Origin: Amoebophrya sp. A120
Lineage: Eukaryota > Protista > Dinoflagellata
Length of the DNA: 64,000 bases
Assembly (NCBI GenBank): GCA_905178155.1
Contig: CAJINV010000021.1
Location: 411,760 to 475,759 of the forward strand
Direction of reading: 5' to 3'
The notes beneath the pieces were generated by a model. That model was not told the origin of the DNA, ran no database searches, and saw only the letters and a list, made by a program, of their open reading frames with translations. Positions 26,328-39,079 of the stretch are shown one piece after another (the stretch's first letter is position 1; every line of letters begins with the position of its first letter). The position numbers were made by a program, and so were the translations under genes.

Positions 26328-27104
26328 AAGATGTAGTTGTAGTGGGACGAGAGATGGTGCACGTAGTCTCTGCTACTTGCAGCCGGCACCCCTGACATTC
26401 ATCGTGCTGGTGTCCTTCTAGAAGTTAGTAGTTTGATCCACTCTTCCTTTAGCCGTACCCACAGGTAGGTGATGCTTCGTCTACTTCACTTCTGGATTTG
26501 GGCTGATGCTTCTGTAAAACTCTCCTCGACGAGCACGAAGAGTGACAGGTGCGACGGCGGTGGTGTCCTCGTGTACTTAAATAAACGTAGGTGTAACAAA
26601 AAAACAAAAAGAGGAACTCGAGCTACAACTAGCTGAGCTGAGGCTGCTTGGTACTACAAGAAAACCCGCTAGCTGAAGTCGTTGAAGTTGCATGTGATGT
26701 TGAAGCGACAGCGACTCAATGAAATCCAAACTTCTAACACAGCTGCATGGAAAAAATGAAATTAAAAAGTATCATCAAGAAAGAATACGATCGAGTTTTC
26801 AAAAAACACATTTGAAAAACTGCAACTCCTGCAGCTTTCTTCTAAAATTGGCTGCAGCGGGACCAACGATAGTAGTACAGCAGGGCTCTTTGCATGGCAA
26901 TGGAATGAGGTGATAATTGTGTTCCTTGTTCCAACTACCGGGTTATTCAACTGCGTTTTTGCTCTTTTACTTAACTTTTCAATCAGTTCTTTCGCACGAC
27001 GAGCAGATCGCGTCTTCATCGATCCATCTGCACAGCCACAGTGCTTATTTCGACGAAAAGAGCAGACTCCGCTTGTTGTTCGAAATAAACATTTCTTTTT
27101 GAAG

Positions 27105-30100
27105 ATGACGTTCCGCCGGTGGGTCATCTTTCACTTCCTCTTTCGCACAAGCAAATCTTGTCTCCTGCAAGAAGTGTCGCTATCGCAGAAGCTGTTTCTG
27201 CTTACGGCGGGGGCTACCTATGAGGCGAATGCGTTGGATCCGGAGAAGAGTACTAGCCGGTCAGGATCGGGTCCGCCGGGCTCCTTGTCGGAACAAAGCA
27301 ACATTTTATTTCCAGGGCAAGAAGATGGCCGCTTTCTTCACGATGATGTTGGAGATAACATCGAGAAAAATTCGAATTACGTCGACATTAGCCAGGACGC
27401 CGACTTTTTCTCTCCCCAGAGCGAAGAAGATGTCGAGCAGGCCGCAGACTTTCATGAACGATCATCCAGCGAGAACCCTCGGAAGATGGGGCGCGGTGAA
27501 GGTCGTACGCCGGCGGTAGCAAGGCCCTCATCTCCGGTAAGTGCGGAAGCTGCACCAGCCGAAGAGATCCCAAATGGTCAGGAAGCGACCTCTTCATCGT
27601 CGTTCGCTGCAGCGGGAACAACCGATGGTGCGGGTGACGACAATATTAAAGCCGTCAATTCACCATCATCTCCTGGAAAGGTGCAAGTTGAAATTGATGC
27701 AGAAGCGAACCTACGAACTGCAAAAGTATCGTAAGTTGTACTCGTAATGTAAATGCACCATTAAAAATGATTTCCTTAGCATGAGAAATGAAATTTGTAT
27801 TTGTAAATGCGGATTTGACTTAACAAGAAAATTTTAAATGCACGATTGCAAATGCAATACGAGTACAGTACGATTTTGCACAGGATAGAACCAGTACGTC
27901 TCGAAGCAAGAAGTGCGGCAGATGGTGCGCGACTTGATGCTTCTTGAGCAGCACGCTGCAGGTAGAAGTAGCACTGACGCCCGGCTGCAGCGTCTGGAGG
28001 AGGAGAATCGGAGGCTGCAGCAGGAAGTGGAGAGGCTTTCCTCGAAAGCGGACTCGTTCCAGGAGGAAACCTGGCGGTCGTTCCAGCGGCTTCGCTTTGT
28101 CGGGGCCCAGGTGTATCACATGCTTTTCTTCAGCCTGTTATGCATTTCAAAAGTATCGCATTCGCACGGCACTGCCGCTAGCAACATAAATCGCATGTTC
28201 TTGACACATTTCCTCATGAAGCAGAGCCGAGCGCTGGATTCAGGTAGGAAAGCAAATTTTTGCATTGCTGCAATTTTTAGTTTTGACGAGAGCGATACTT
28301 TTGCAGGGGATACCTGTGGATTCTCATCGGCACGTGTGAGAGTGCACAATCGTCCCTCCTCCTCATTTGTCATGCAAGATCCACAATCCAAATCCAAATG
28401 CCGCCTCGATGTCGATGTGGCAGTGTTTGCATGACAGATCCCGGAAGCCAAAGCAGTACTGCAGGACTAGCACTAGGCGCGTGAATTTGTCATGCGCTTC
28501 AGGAGGCTGCAGCTGCACATGTGCATGTGCTGCTGCTGGTGTTTGTACTGCTATGGATGCCATACAAATCAGGGGGAGCAGAAGTTGTGCACTCCCATAG
28601 CACGGCACGGAGCAACCAGGACATTACCTTCGCGCTGATCGTTCTGGGGTTCCTGTATGGAGTTCTCACACTTTGCGCTGTCAGCTGTTACATGATTTGT
28701 CATGCAAAGGCGCCATCGCCGTCATGTCATCTTCAACCTCCACACGATGAAGCTGGCTCACGTGGCTGATTATTGAAGCGTGGCAAAAATTCGTTTCAAA
28801 TTGTAATCAATTTATTATAGAAGTACTCTCTGGCAAATTTTGCTAGTTGTACAGGTCTGGCATTCATGAACTCACTGAAGAGTGCGTGAGGAGCACGGAT
28901 GTAGCTAATGAGTAATGACAATGTCTGAGAATGCCATACTGTGTGCTGCGTTGTTGGTACCGCCGCACCTTGGTACTTGGCAATATTTGCTGGCGCTGAT
29001 CGTCGTCGACGCTACTTCTCGAAAAAGCGGTCTACAACTGAGGATGAGCTCGCTCGTACTACTAGTGGTCGCGCCATAGCTGCAGAAAATGCGAGCTCGA
29101 GGGCCTCTCGTCTCCCCAGTAGTGGCGAGACAGTTACAACCAGGCGCGCAATGCAGTCGACGAGAATTCTTGCGTCGTCTAACCCTGGAGAGGACTTGCT
29201 GCCTGCTGTTGCCGAAGAAGTTCTTGCGAGTGGGGGCGAGATGGTGAAAGCGGCCGCAGCGGGACCGGAGACCACCGAATTTTCGCGACACAACATAAAG
29301 AACGATACAAGCGAGGGTGCGGGCGATCCTGATGTTCCGCACGTTGGCGTTGGCCGCGTGGCGCAGGAAGCTGCCGGCGGCGCAGCGGATGGCCGCGCAG
29401 CGGATGTTCATGTCGCGCCCTCCGAAGAGGAAGAGCCAGACGAGGACACCAAGAAGAACTACCAAGAGAAGATGAGTAAGGTTGAAGAGGACGAAGAGGA
29501 TGACGCGGACCCGGTTCCGTATGATTTTATCCTTCAGGGCACCTTGTCGTGCGTGTGTCAGGACGGCGAGTCCGCGGAGGGACGCTTCTTTACGGTCTGC
29601 GTTGTGTTGTACATGATGAGCTCTCTGCTAGCAGCGCCTCCCTTCGAGGCCTACACATCTTGATGCAAGTTTCGAGACGTGACTGAGCTGCTGCAGGGCA
29701 ACCCCGGGCTCCCGCGGCTGCAGAACTGGATTGAGGTAACCGCTCGGGCGTTGTGGCACGTGGTCCCATATGGCGTTCTCAAACGTTACATTCTCAACTG
29801 TTACATGATTTGTCATGCAAAACTCCAATCAGATTCGACGCGATCAAGCTGTTGCGCATGACAAATTCTGGAAGGCCCAAACAGGCTGAGAATCTGTGCC
29901 AAATCTGTCATGCAAAAGGCGCTATCTTTCCCCTTTCAGTTTTGCCATTCTTGCACCACAAACTCATGTAACAGTTGAGAATGTAACAGTTGAGAACGCC
30001 ATATCCCAAACTTCTGCTTTGTGCTCGTGGCGGTCCTCCCCGCGGCCTCCGATCCCCGCGTGCGGGCGAAGATCCGACGTGCGCGACTTTTTCTGGTCGC

Positions 30101-31154
30101 GCATCTCCTTGGGGCAGTATTGGGCTCGGTCGTGCTCTTGGCCTTCGAGTCGGTGCAACTCTTTTGGGGCGAGAACGTGCCGCTTAGCTACCTGCTTGTG
30201 ATTTTTGACCCCTGGGTTCCCACGAATTTCAACTTCTGGTCCCACCACCGAGATGCCTCCTCTTTCGGTGATTATGATTTTCTTGAACCGAACACTTGGC
30301 GCGGTGGCTGCATTGATTACGAAACGGAGCCCATTCCCTGGAACCGGTCGGTGTACGTGCGTCTCGTGGTGCTGGTCTCTGCGTACTTTTTCGGCACCGT
30401 CTTCTCCCTCCACAATCTGGCGATCCACGTTGTTGTGGCTTCACGAGGGGCACAGTTTCCCCCACATTACCCACTGGTCCAGAGCTGTTTAAGTGCCGTC
30501 ATGGGTGATGTATCCAAGATTACGCTGGCCACAAGAAAGCAGATCGCCCGGTGCAGCTTCATCTCGGAGGTGCTTTTTATGTACTGCCTGTTTGGTCTTC
30601 CGGTCCTCTCGTCCTACTCTCGCCGTTATGACCACACTTCTAGCAGCTTTATGCGACTGGGCACCTCCCCTACGGAATCTGTCAGCCAATTGGCTGCAGT
30701 GACCTTTCATCGGCTCCTTGACGCTTTCCCCCCGGAAAAGTTGTACCTTCGCGGCAACACGAAGGCAGAGCGAGAAAGAATGGTCATGCTTTCACCTTTC
30801 GAGCAAGTGGCCTGGCCCGCCGTCTTTTTCGAAGGACTGAGCAGCAACACAAGCCAACCCATGCGCATTTTCTCCTACCAAGACCTCGGCCTCGCCGTCG
30901 AGATAAAGTTGAATCCGCACAATGCGAAAATGATAAAACAGACGCTTCGTCCCTCGTTGCGCCCCCCGCGTCAAGGGTCGATCACCATGGCCACGCTTGT
31001 CGACGGCGGAATGGTTCCCATCCCGCAAAGCGAATTTGCACGCAAGATGGCGCACTTCGCGAAGCTCCAGGAGATCCGCGCACGCCGACAGAACAACACC
31101 GGAACATATCGGGACGCAACCCTTGACGAGCTCCGGAGTCAAGCTATGGTTTAA
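27105..31154 (+). CDS. Multi-pass membrane protein of unknown function with 5 introners and an in-frame TGA at 29661-29663
   Basis: ORFs 26910, 27913, 28521, 28941, 29679 and 30021 join after element removal; several hydrophobic segments and a short coiled coil. Confidence 0.65.
27712..27887. mobile_element. Introner family C, TSD gaacc
   Basis: tgcaaaa...tgtactcgta/tacgagtaca...ttttgca; frame restored (AEAN/QYVSK). Confidence 0.85.
28139..28312. mobile_element. Introner, family C-like, TSD cctgt
   Basis: caaaagtatcgc/gcgatacttttg. Confidence 0.85.
28335..28599. mobile_element. TIR introner, TSD gcacg
   Basis: tgtgagagtgcacaa/ttgtgcactcccata; ends TG...TA. Confidence 0.82.
28656..28938. 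mobile_element. Degenerate family G-like introner with a decayed TSD
   Basis: tatggagttctca/tgagaatgccata; removing element plus 5 nt restores the frame. Confidence 0.7.
29769..30003. mobile_element. Introner family G, TSD tccca
   Basis: ~39-bp near-perfect TIR tatggcgttctcaaacgttacattctcaactgttacatg. Confidence 0.95.
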
Positions 31155-32335
31155 ACAACGAATGAACATCAACTTCTAAAATGTGGTCCGCGGGGCGGAC
31201 GAAAAACACACGACTACCTGTTCGACGAGGCTCGGCTGAGCTCCTCCGCCCCCCACAGGAAAGGGCAGCCGTTCCGTTTTATGCATTGCCAGGACACCAG
31301 CCTGGTGTCACAGACAGTCACCCTCACCACGGGTGCAATTCCGTACGACCATCGCCGATATCTTGATCTTCATCTCCATCAACATCTGCTCCTGCATATA
31401 GTTTTGTGACTTCACCTTTAGATTGCCAGGACAACTTGCACTTGGTCGTGGTGGTGTCAACTACATGTGGCCCGAAATAAGAGGATGCTGCACGTTCATT
31501 TTTAGAAGTTAAGACGTATTGTGCTTATACATAGTCCATTGAATTACGACTGTTCTTTGGAAAAGAAATGTGTCCGAGCAACTTTCGGCTACAACTTCTG
31601 TGCAAGCAGGATGATTACCACAACTGGTCGTGCTGCTACAAGTACGAAATCATCTTTTTCTTGTGAGGTAAATGGTATGAAAAGCAGCGTGAGCGTCAGG
31701 CTTCTATTTGTATTTTAATTTTTGTCTAAAGACCCGCACCACCATGGGTGACGTTCCTAGGACAAGCGGCTGTGTGCGTCACTCGCGATTTATTTGTTCC
31801 TGTTTTCATTCGCAGTCCACGCTCTTCTTGTTGATTTTTTTGTTTTCTTTTAGCTTTCGCTTCTCACTTTTTCGTGTCGGTTCAAACACCGCAGGGATCA
31901 AACAATCGACTGCAGTAACCACTGGCCTGGCTTGTTCCGACATGTTATAATTGTCTTCACAAATTTATCTAGTTCATCGTGCGTTCTTGCACTTGCTGCA
32001 CCCTGGCCGCCCTTCGTTCATTCAACTCAGTCACCTTGTCGCAACACCAGTTGGAACAGCAACAACGAAATTTTGCTTCAGTGAAGAGCAACCAGATCCA
32101 GACCTTTGCTTTTTTCTTTTCCATGTCCATCAGCGTAGTTGTCCGCATGAAAAACAGCGTTCAACGTAGTACCTGCAGAAATAGTAAATAGGAATAGCGA
32201 CAACTTCACTACAAAAAGAAAAAGTTGCAGAAATAACTATAAAACGCATTCCCACGACGAGCACGAACAACTTGTCATTATCATACAACGAATAAGTAGA
32301 TACCACTACTAGTAAATCGCAGCTGGTAGACAAAA

Positions 32336-34327
32336 ATGAGCAAACTGTTGCAAGTTTCGGTTTGCTGGTGTGCCCTCTTCGGCGTTTCGCTTTCCCGTGG
32401 CCGATCGAATTCTGGTGCTCCTTCTCAACAGGTAGGAGAGCAAAATAATCCGGCGAGTGCACCAGCTGCCGGACCTGCTAGTACCAGCTCCGGACCTGAA
32501 TCTGCCGTAGGCGCCGTCGAAACTTCTACCAGGGAGCCAGAAGGGGAGGACTTTGTCCTGGTAGACGAAAACATGCTGTCAGATTTGGAGGACGACGGAG
32601 AGCTGGTATAGTTGTTGTGGATACACGCTCATATCAACATTTCCATCCGTAGGTATGTGTATCATACAATTTTCATCTACAACCCCTGCATAATCTCCAT
32701 TTATTCATCAGTGTGTGTCAATATCTTGAAGCGTTCTTCTCCAAAGATTCTTATACTAACTTTATCCGTCTTGATCGCTCATCCGTATTTCTTACAACAC
32801 GACGCAGGTATCAGAACCGGAAGGGGAGCAGCAAATTGACGACCCTATGGAGGGCGTGGTTGAGGAAGGAACAATCGCAGGAGCAACGACTGACACCATC
32901 CTGCAAACCCCTGGGCCGCAAAACTACAACTTCGCGGCCTTTCACGACGATGAGTTTCCGCTCCTGCCTCCGACGTACCACCAAGATCAGGAAGAGCAAG
33001 CTGCTAGTGCAGCTACACCAGCGCAGGACGCAGTGTTGCACCGCATCCCGAGCGTGTTCAGTCGCGGAAGCTTATCACAGGAAAAACAAAGTGTTAACGT
33101 TAACGGTTTTCACAGATTGCAGTCATGCATCACAAATGTAGCCCAATATGCATGACATACATGACAAATTATGACACGTCTTGTGATGCATTTCTGCATC
33201 ACAAATTCCGCCAACGTTAACACTTTTTCTTGTGATGAAGCTCCACGGACACCAGCGTGAGTCTGGACAACGGGCGCGCACAGGATACGAATGTCGGGAC
33301 CATTACTGCCATTACTTCTACAGTCGGAGGACAAGAGCGAGCCGGGCTGGAACTACAGGATGCTGGTGAGCAGGGAGCTACTGTCGTGTCGGCATCTTCT
33401 TCAAATCAGGACACTACTACAACCTCTTCGGCTGCGTCCAGCGCGATGCAACAAACCACTAACACGGACGAGCAGGCTTCTTCTGCGCAAGAACTTTCTG
33501 TAAACACGGTGAATAATTATACCGGCAGCGCGGCTGCATCTTGTGCCGCACAGCCGTTGGAAACCCTGGCGCACTTTCTCGATGTGGAAGAAAACGACGC
33601 ACGCCTGTTGACCACCGGCGCAGGTGGGGCAGCTACCGGTGCAACGGTATGGATTGTAAAAATGTCTGGGTCTGGAAGAGTGCAAACTTGTCATGCAGAT
33701 TTTCCATGACCCTTGAGGTCTGGAATGCGGGACCTAGCATGACAGAGTCTGTGGGGTCGCTCTCATGCCTATCCTGCATGAGAAACTCCCTCTCAACTTG
33801 GTCGAAAGTGGACAGCTCTTGGCAGTCATGCAACACAGTTTTTTGCCTGGTTCAGATTTAGCATGACAAGTTGCATTCTTCCAGACCCAGACATTTTTCC
33901 ATCTGATAAACGGAGGACAGTGACAATAGCGATCGTTTCATGAACGAGCGGGACTTTTTATCAAACAAAAAAGTGTTAACGTTAACGGTTTTCACAGACA
34001 CAGATGGCAGTCATGCATTACAAGTTTTGCCCTTCATGCATGCTGCGCAATACAAATTTGCGCACCTTTTCTGATGCATTACTGCATCACAAATTCCGTT
34101 AACGTTAACACTTTTTCTTGGGATACTTTTGGTGGTGGCGGCAGCAGAGTGACGATGAAGATGACGGGGAGAATGGCGAGGAGACGACCAACGGAAGCGC
34201 CGAGGACCCCAGCTCCTACTATTACGGCCAGGCCTGGGAGGCGCAGAATGGCTTCGACGCACAGCAGCAGCAGCAACCCACCGCGTCCGCCTACAACCGT
34301 ACATTTATACGGTTTTCACTGATTTAG
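32336..34327 (+). CDS. Acidic low-complexity protein with a predicted signal peptide; one GT-AG intron (32606-32807) and three introners
   Basis: ORFs 32336, 32847, 33257 and 34118 join in frame (SRGS/STDTSVSL; GAT/EDSD; RDF/WWWR). Confidence 0.7.
33073..33237. mobile_element. Introner family B, TSD aagct
   Basis: aaagtgttaacgtt/aacgttaacacttt; homologous to 33959-34125; ends TA...TG. Confidence 0.9.
33648..33908. mobile_element. Introner family A (inverted copy), TSD aacgg
   Basis: aaaaatgtctgggtctggaaga/tcttccagacccagacattttt; interior is the reverse complement of 18400-18661. Confidence 0.93.
33959..34125. mobile_element. Introner family B, TSD ctttt
   Basis: aaaaagtgttaacgttaacgg/ccgttaacgttaacacttttt. 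Confidence 0.92.
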
Positions 34328-35501
34328 ACTTTCGCTTTCCGTCGCTTGCAGGCAGTCATGTAGACTACATGACTATGTAGCATCGTATGCACAAATATTA
34401 AGCTCAAGTCTGGATTTGGAAGGAAGAAACACTAGCGTCTTTTTCTCGTTTCGTATGTTACTTTCGTATATTTTTCGTGCAATTCATCATTCTCCTACTA
34501 GATCGAACATCAAAATTCAAAATAACAGATGACGAGCTGTCCACGCCGATCAGCTACCGCCGGCAAGGATTCCTGTCGCCGAGGCACGAAACGCACTTTG
34601 GAATGGTCTAGGGTGAACTCGGAAGCACGACCACACGCAAAAATGTCGAGAACTAACAAAACATACGGGTAGCACGCGCCAAGGACTCAACATTAGAATT
34701 CAACCGCACTTATCTTCTTCCGCACCGATATCAGAAAAACTTGCACTCCTGTTTATCTTCCTACACTTTTAGTTCTTAAAAATTTGTACGCCACACATGA
34801 TATACGCAGCATCGTTTTCGTTTCATATTCGTCGTGTGTAATCGATTGATTTTTTGACTCTGTGAAACTGTAACTTTCTGAATGAAAAACAGCTTGAAAC
34901 TTCTTTACACAAGATGAAAAATAGCTAGAGGAAAACCTCGATTTTCTCTTTAGTTCTTATCTGCGAAAGTCCTAATTTTATGCGATGATCATGATGGTTT
35001 TGAGTTTGAGTTTGACGATTATAGAATACAGAACATGTTGACAATTAAGAATCCACCGCGTGCTACTTTTCTTTCGTTTTACTGACCTGCAAATGCACAC
35101 AGAACTCCAACGCATCGTAGTGTTGCCTAAACCTTTACCTTGAGAATCTAGCCGCATCGTATATGTAAATGTTCAGAGCAGCGCAAATAGCCGTCACTTC
35201 TGCGTCGCTCGACTCTGGGCATACTTTGCGCTCATGTTGTTCGCGTAGCTGTGATTGAATCTTAATCTCCTGAGACAGAAATAGGAATCTGTAGCAATCG
35301 GGCAGGTACCACGATGGGGTGAGAACAGCTTCTACTTTCTGATGTACGAACGACCAAAAAATACCAAGATCCACGAATTTGTTGAGATATGCAAGGTGAC
35401 GACGTTCTTGCACCAGCGCCTTGACCTCCGGCCCTTTCTTTGCAATTATCCAAAACACACATTCGTCATTAATCGCTTGTCAGCTACAATAAATGTAAAT
35501 C

Positions 35502-38056
35502 ATGAGGTTTAATATTCAACATCCGGCACGGGCTCTACTTCAACCAGCGATGCTCGGGCCACGCCCGTTTGCCTGCGGGCAGAGAAGCCTATCAGGCTTG
35601 GCAGCGCGTTGCTCTAACGAAAAGCAGTACTGCTCAGGTTCTACTGGCACAGTACGACAACTATCGAGAATACCACGACGTGGGCATGCGAAGAGCACCA
35701 GTGGTCTTAGTGTTGGCCTGCGATGGCAACATTCCTCAGCACTCAGCGCTGAAGGTGGCGCGGCGGTGGTGGACCACACTACCGAAAGCAACTCGCTAGT
35801 CATTCAACTAGGAAGACCAACAGAAGGAGATGCAGATGAAAAAATCACGGAGATTCTCCTCGTCGTCCCTCGTTTCAAGGACGAGGAGCCGACCAAGCTG
35901 CTTCCCGAGCCGGTTGTCAATTTTCTTACGGAGAATGGGGTTCGCTTCGAGGCGAAGACCGTCGGTGCCACAACGTGGGTATACAACCCCAGCAACCCAA
36001 GTTCTTCAGGTGAAGCACCAGCTTCGGAGTCCGAGAGGACTGGATCTCGGATAAAAAGAACCCTTCTTGTAGGTCTTGGAGAGTCGTCCAAGCTCACCTG
36101 CCACAGACTTCTCACCGCGGTAAACGCTGCACGTGCGGCCCTCGACGCACAGAAGGTCTCGGAGGCGACACTCACCGTTCTGTCGCCGGCACGTGGTGCG
36201 GCTGATGGCCTGGAGCAGCAAAAAGATCATACTACGTGGTCAACATCTTCTTCGGTATTCCCGGTTGAGAGCACGCCCAATATTGTCGTTGCGGATCAGG
36301 AGGAAATCGTTGAGGCTGGGGCTGATTGCTCTTTCCATATCACTCCGCGCACCCTCACGGAAGCGTTTTTCGATGCGAGCTACAAATTTGACCAGCTGCG
36401 CAAGAAAAAAAGCGCTCACGAGAACGAGAAACCAAGTAAAAACTCGCGGCCTCCGACAAGGCATATTTGGCTCGCCGCACCATCTCCATCATCGTCGACT
36501 TCAGAATCATCCGCAGAGCTGCACGAGGACCAGCCTAGCTTTTACTCTAGTTGCGAATTCGGCAGTGCTGTCGCAGCCGGCAGTGCTTATGCACGGACCT
36601 TGAAGAACCTCCCCGCCAACATTTGCAACACGGATTACATGGTCTCCGAACTTGAGAAGCTCGCGCGGCAGGATCGCGAAAATGATCAAGGCGGGAACAA
36701 GATCATGATGAACAATTTCTCAAATCTGACCGTCTTCGCAACAAAGGAACTGGAAGCCATGGGTTTTGGGTGTCTGACCGCGGTAGGCCGCGGCAGCGCC
36801 ACCGAGTCGTATTTGACGCGTTTAGAGTGGAGACATGCGGGTGGTGGGCCAAGCGGTGGACAGCACGGAAGAATAAATAGAGAAAAGACCATCGTTCTCG
36901 TCGGCAAGGGTGTCGTTCACGATTCCGGGGGGTTAAATTTGAAGCTCGGCTCTGGCATGTCCGCTATGAAGATGGACATGGGCGGCGCGGCCTGCGTGCT
37001 CGGTGTGTTGAAAGCGCTCAGCCAGCTTTTCCCGCCTGATGGTGAAGGTCGCGGCAGCACTGCTGGGCTACAAACACTAAACACGGAGAACAAGTCCACC
37101 GGCGAGACAATAAACCACGGCACTCAGCCTGTGCGCGTCGTCGGTATTCTTCCCCTGGTGGAAAACTCAATCAGCGGCTCCGCCTACCGCCCCGGCGACG
37201 TGCTGACAAGTTTGGATGGCTTGACGGTCGAGGTGAACAACACGGACGCGGAGGGGCGGTTGATTCTGTGCGACGCGTTAACCTGGGCCCAGCAACAGTA
37301 CCCGGACGCGGATTGTTTCATCGACATCGCAACCTTGATATGCATTGCAAAAGTATCGTACTAGTATAAATTGCATCACACATTTTTTCAAGAAGAAAAA
37401 TGAAATGCTGATTTACCTAGAAAGGGATGTTTGTCATGCATGATCGCAATTACTACGAGTACGATACTTTTGCGCAGGATACTTGACCGGCGCCATGGTG
37501 ACCGCGGTCGGCCCGGATTTTTCCGGGCTGTTCACCAACTGCAGCCAGCTGAAAAACGAGCTTTTACGCGCCGGCTTGTCCAGCGGGGACCGGGCCTGGC
37601 CGTTTCCGCTGGTGGAGGCGGGGGAAAGGTACGAGGACATGCTCAAGTCCAAATATGCGGACCTGAGCAACTATCCAGTGTAAAAGCAGCGTACTTGTAG
37701 CTACTGCTGTTGGACTGCATGACAAACCTAGCTTCTATACCCTAGTAATCAGCATGACAAATTCCATTTTTCCTTCTGTAAAAGTTTGTCATGTAACTTT
37801 TCCAAAGACGAAGCACAAGCAACAGTACCATAGTACAACTTTTGCAATGCATAGTAACATCGGGAGCTCGGGGGCGGCGGGCAGCATCACCGCCGCGCTG
37901 TTTTTGAAACAATTTATTACGGGGAAAAATCGGTGGGCGCACCTTGACATCGCCGGGAGCGCGATGGGCGGGAGCTTCGACAAAGCCAGTGCGACGGGGA
38001 GGCCAGTGCCCCTGCTAGTGGAGTTCATCGCGAAGAAAATTTTGGGAATGGGGTAG
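35502..38056 (+). CDS. Leucyl aminopeptidase (M17) with a probable mitochondrial targeting peptide; two introners
   Basis: [38 protein letters not shown]; DIATL/TGA and ADLSN/IG...[10 protein letters not shown] are restored by element removal; WAHLDIAG. Confidence 0.93.
37339..37481. mobile_element. Introner family C, TSD cttga
   Basis: gcaaaagtatcgtact/agtacgatacttttgc; splits the LAP motif DIATL/TGA. Confidence 0.95.
37672..37853. mobile_element. Degenerate family C-like introner, TSD gcaac/gtaac
   Basis: TA...TA ends; removal gives [18 protein letters not shown]. Confidence 0.85.
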
Positions 38057-38086
38057 GAAGTGACCGATTATATCGGCATTCGCGTC

Positions 38087-38186
38087 GGAACCACGACGCG
38101 CTCAGTCAATGAAGAACACGACGCGCTCAGTCACTTTGCTCCGCAGGAAATGCGAGGAACCACGACGCGCTCAGTCAATGAAGAAC
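38087..38186. repeat. 31-bp direct repeat plus a partial copy just downstream of the LAP stop codon
   Basis: ggaaccacgacgcgctcagtcaatgaagaac at 38087 and 38156; partial copy at 38118. Confidence 0.85.
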
Positions 38187-39079
38187 GAACACAGGAGTTA
38201 CACCCCAGAGCTACTAGACCTAGAGAACAAAGAGAAAGACGCAGCTTGATACCATCTCTTTGGTATTCTTCTTCTTTCATCTACTGGAAAACTTTTTATT
38301 TTAGAAAAAAGTAACTCTTCGCTTGCAGCTTGCGACTACCTGGAAGATAAGCATCTGACTCCGCGCTGCTTTGAAGATTTGGACTATTACCATTGTCGGT
38401 ACTTGCACGAACTTGGATGAAAGTTGTCGGTATGCGTTGCAGAAGCTGTCAGCCGAGCTGCAGTTCCCGCACAGTATCTACTTGCACGTCGGTCACTATC
38501 GTTCATGCCGAACCACAAAGAAATACCACGTACATCGGTAAGAAATAACCCGTCCATCACGTCGAACCTTCGTGCTCATACAGGAAGACGTCGAAATACA
38601 TGCCGGTAATGAAGATACATATCAATCGGTATCCATAGGATTGTGCTCGTCCTCGTGCCACAGCTGATATAATTTTGTCGTCCTTCCCATCCATGAAGTA
38701 ATCCAACATATTCCTCGTTCGTTTTCGTGCTAGCGTCGTTCTTGTTCTTTTCATCAATATTGATCATGGATTTCTTTTCCGTACCCCATGCCCGCTACAG
38801 CCAAGCAATCGCATCTCAACATGCCAAACCCCAAAATTTTTGTTCGTTGCCACAAAATTAAGAAAATGCTCTCTTCAAAATCAAAACTTCTAAGGCCTCC
38901 ACATATTTCTACACCCAACTTTTGGTTTTGCAATGATGTTGACGTGGTCATATTAATTTGACGGACCAACTCCTCCATCACTCTAAAAAATTTAAGCCCG
39001 ATCAATTTATGGCCACCTCGTCAACAGCCTTGACCCGGCGTCCCCCACGTTCTGTTGGTCCCCTCAACCTGAACAAACT

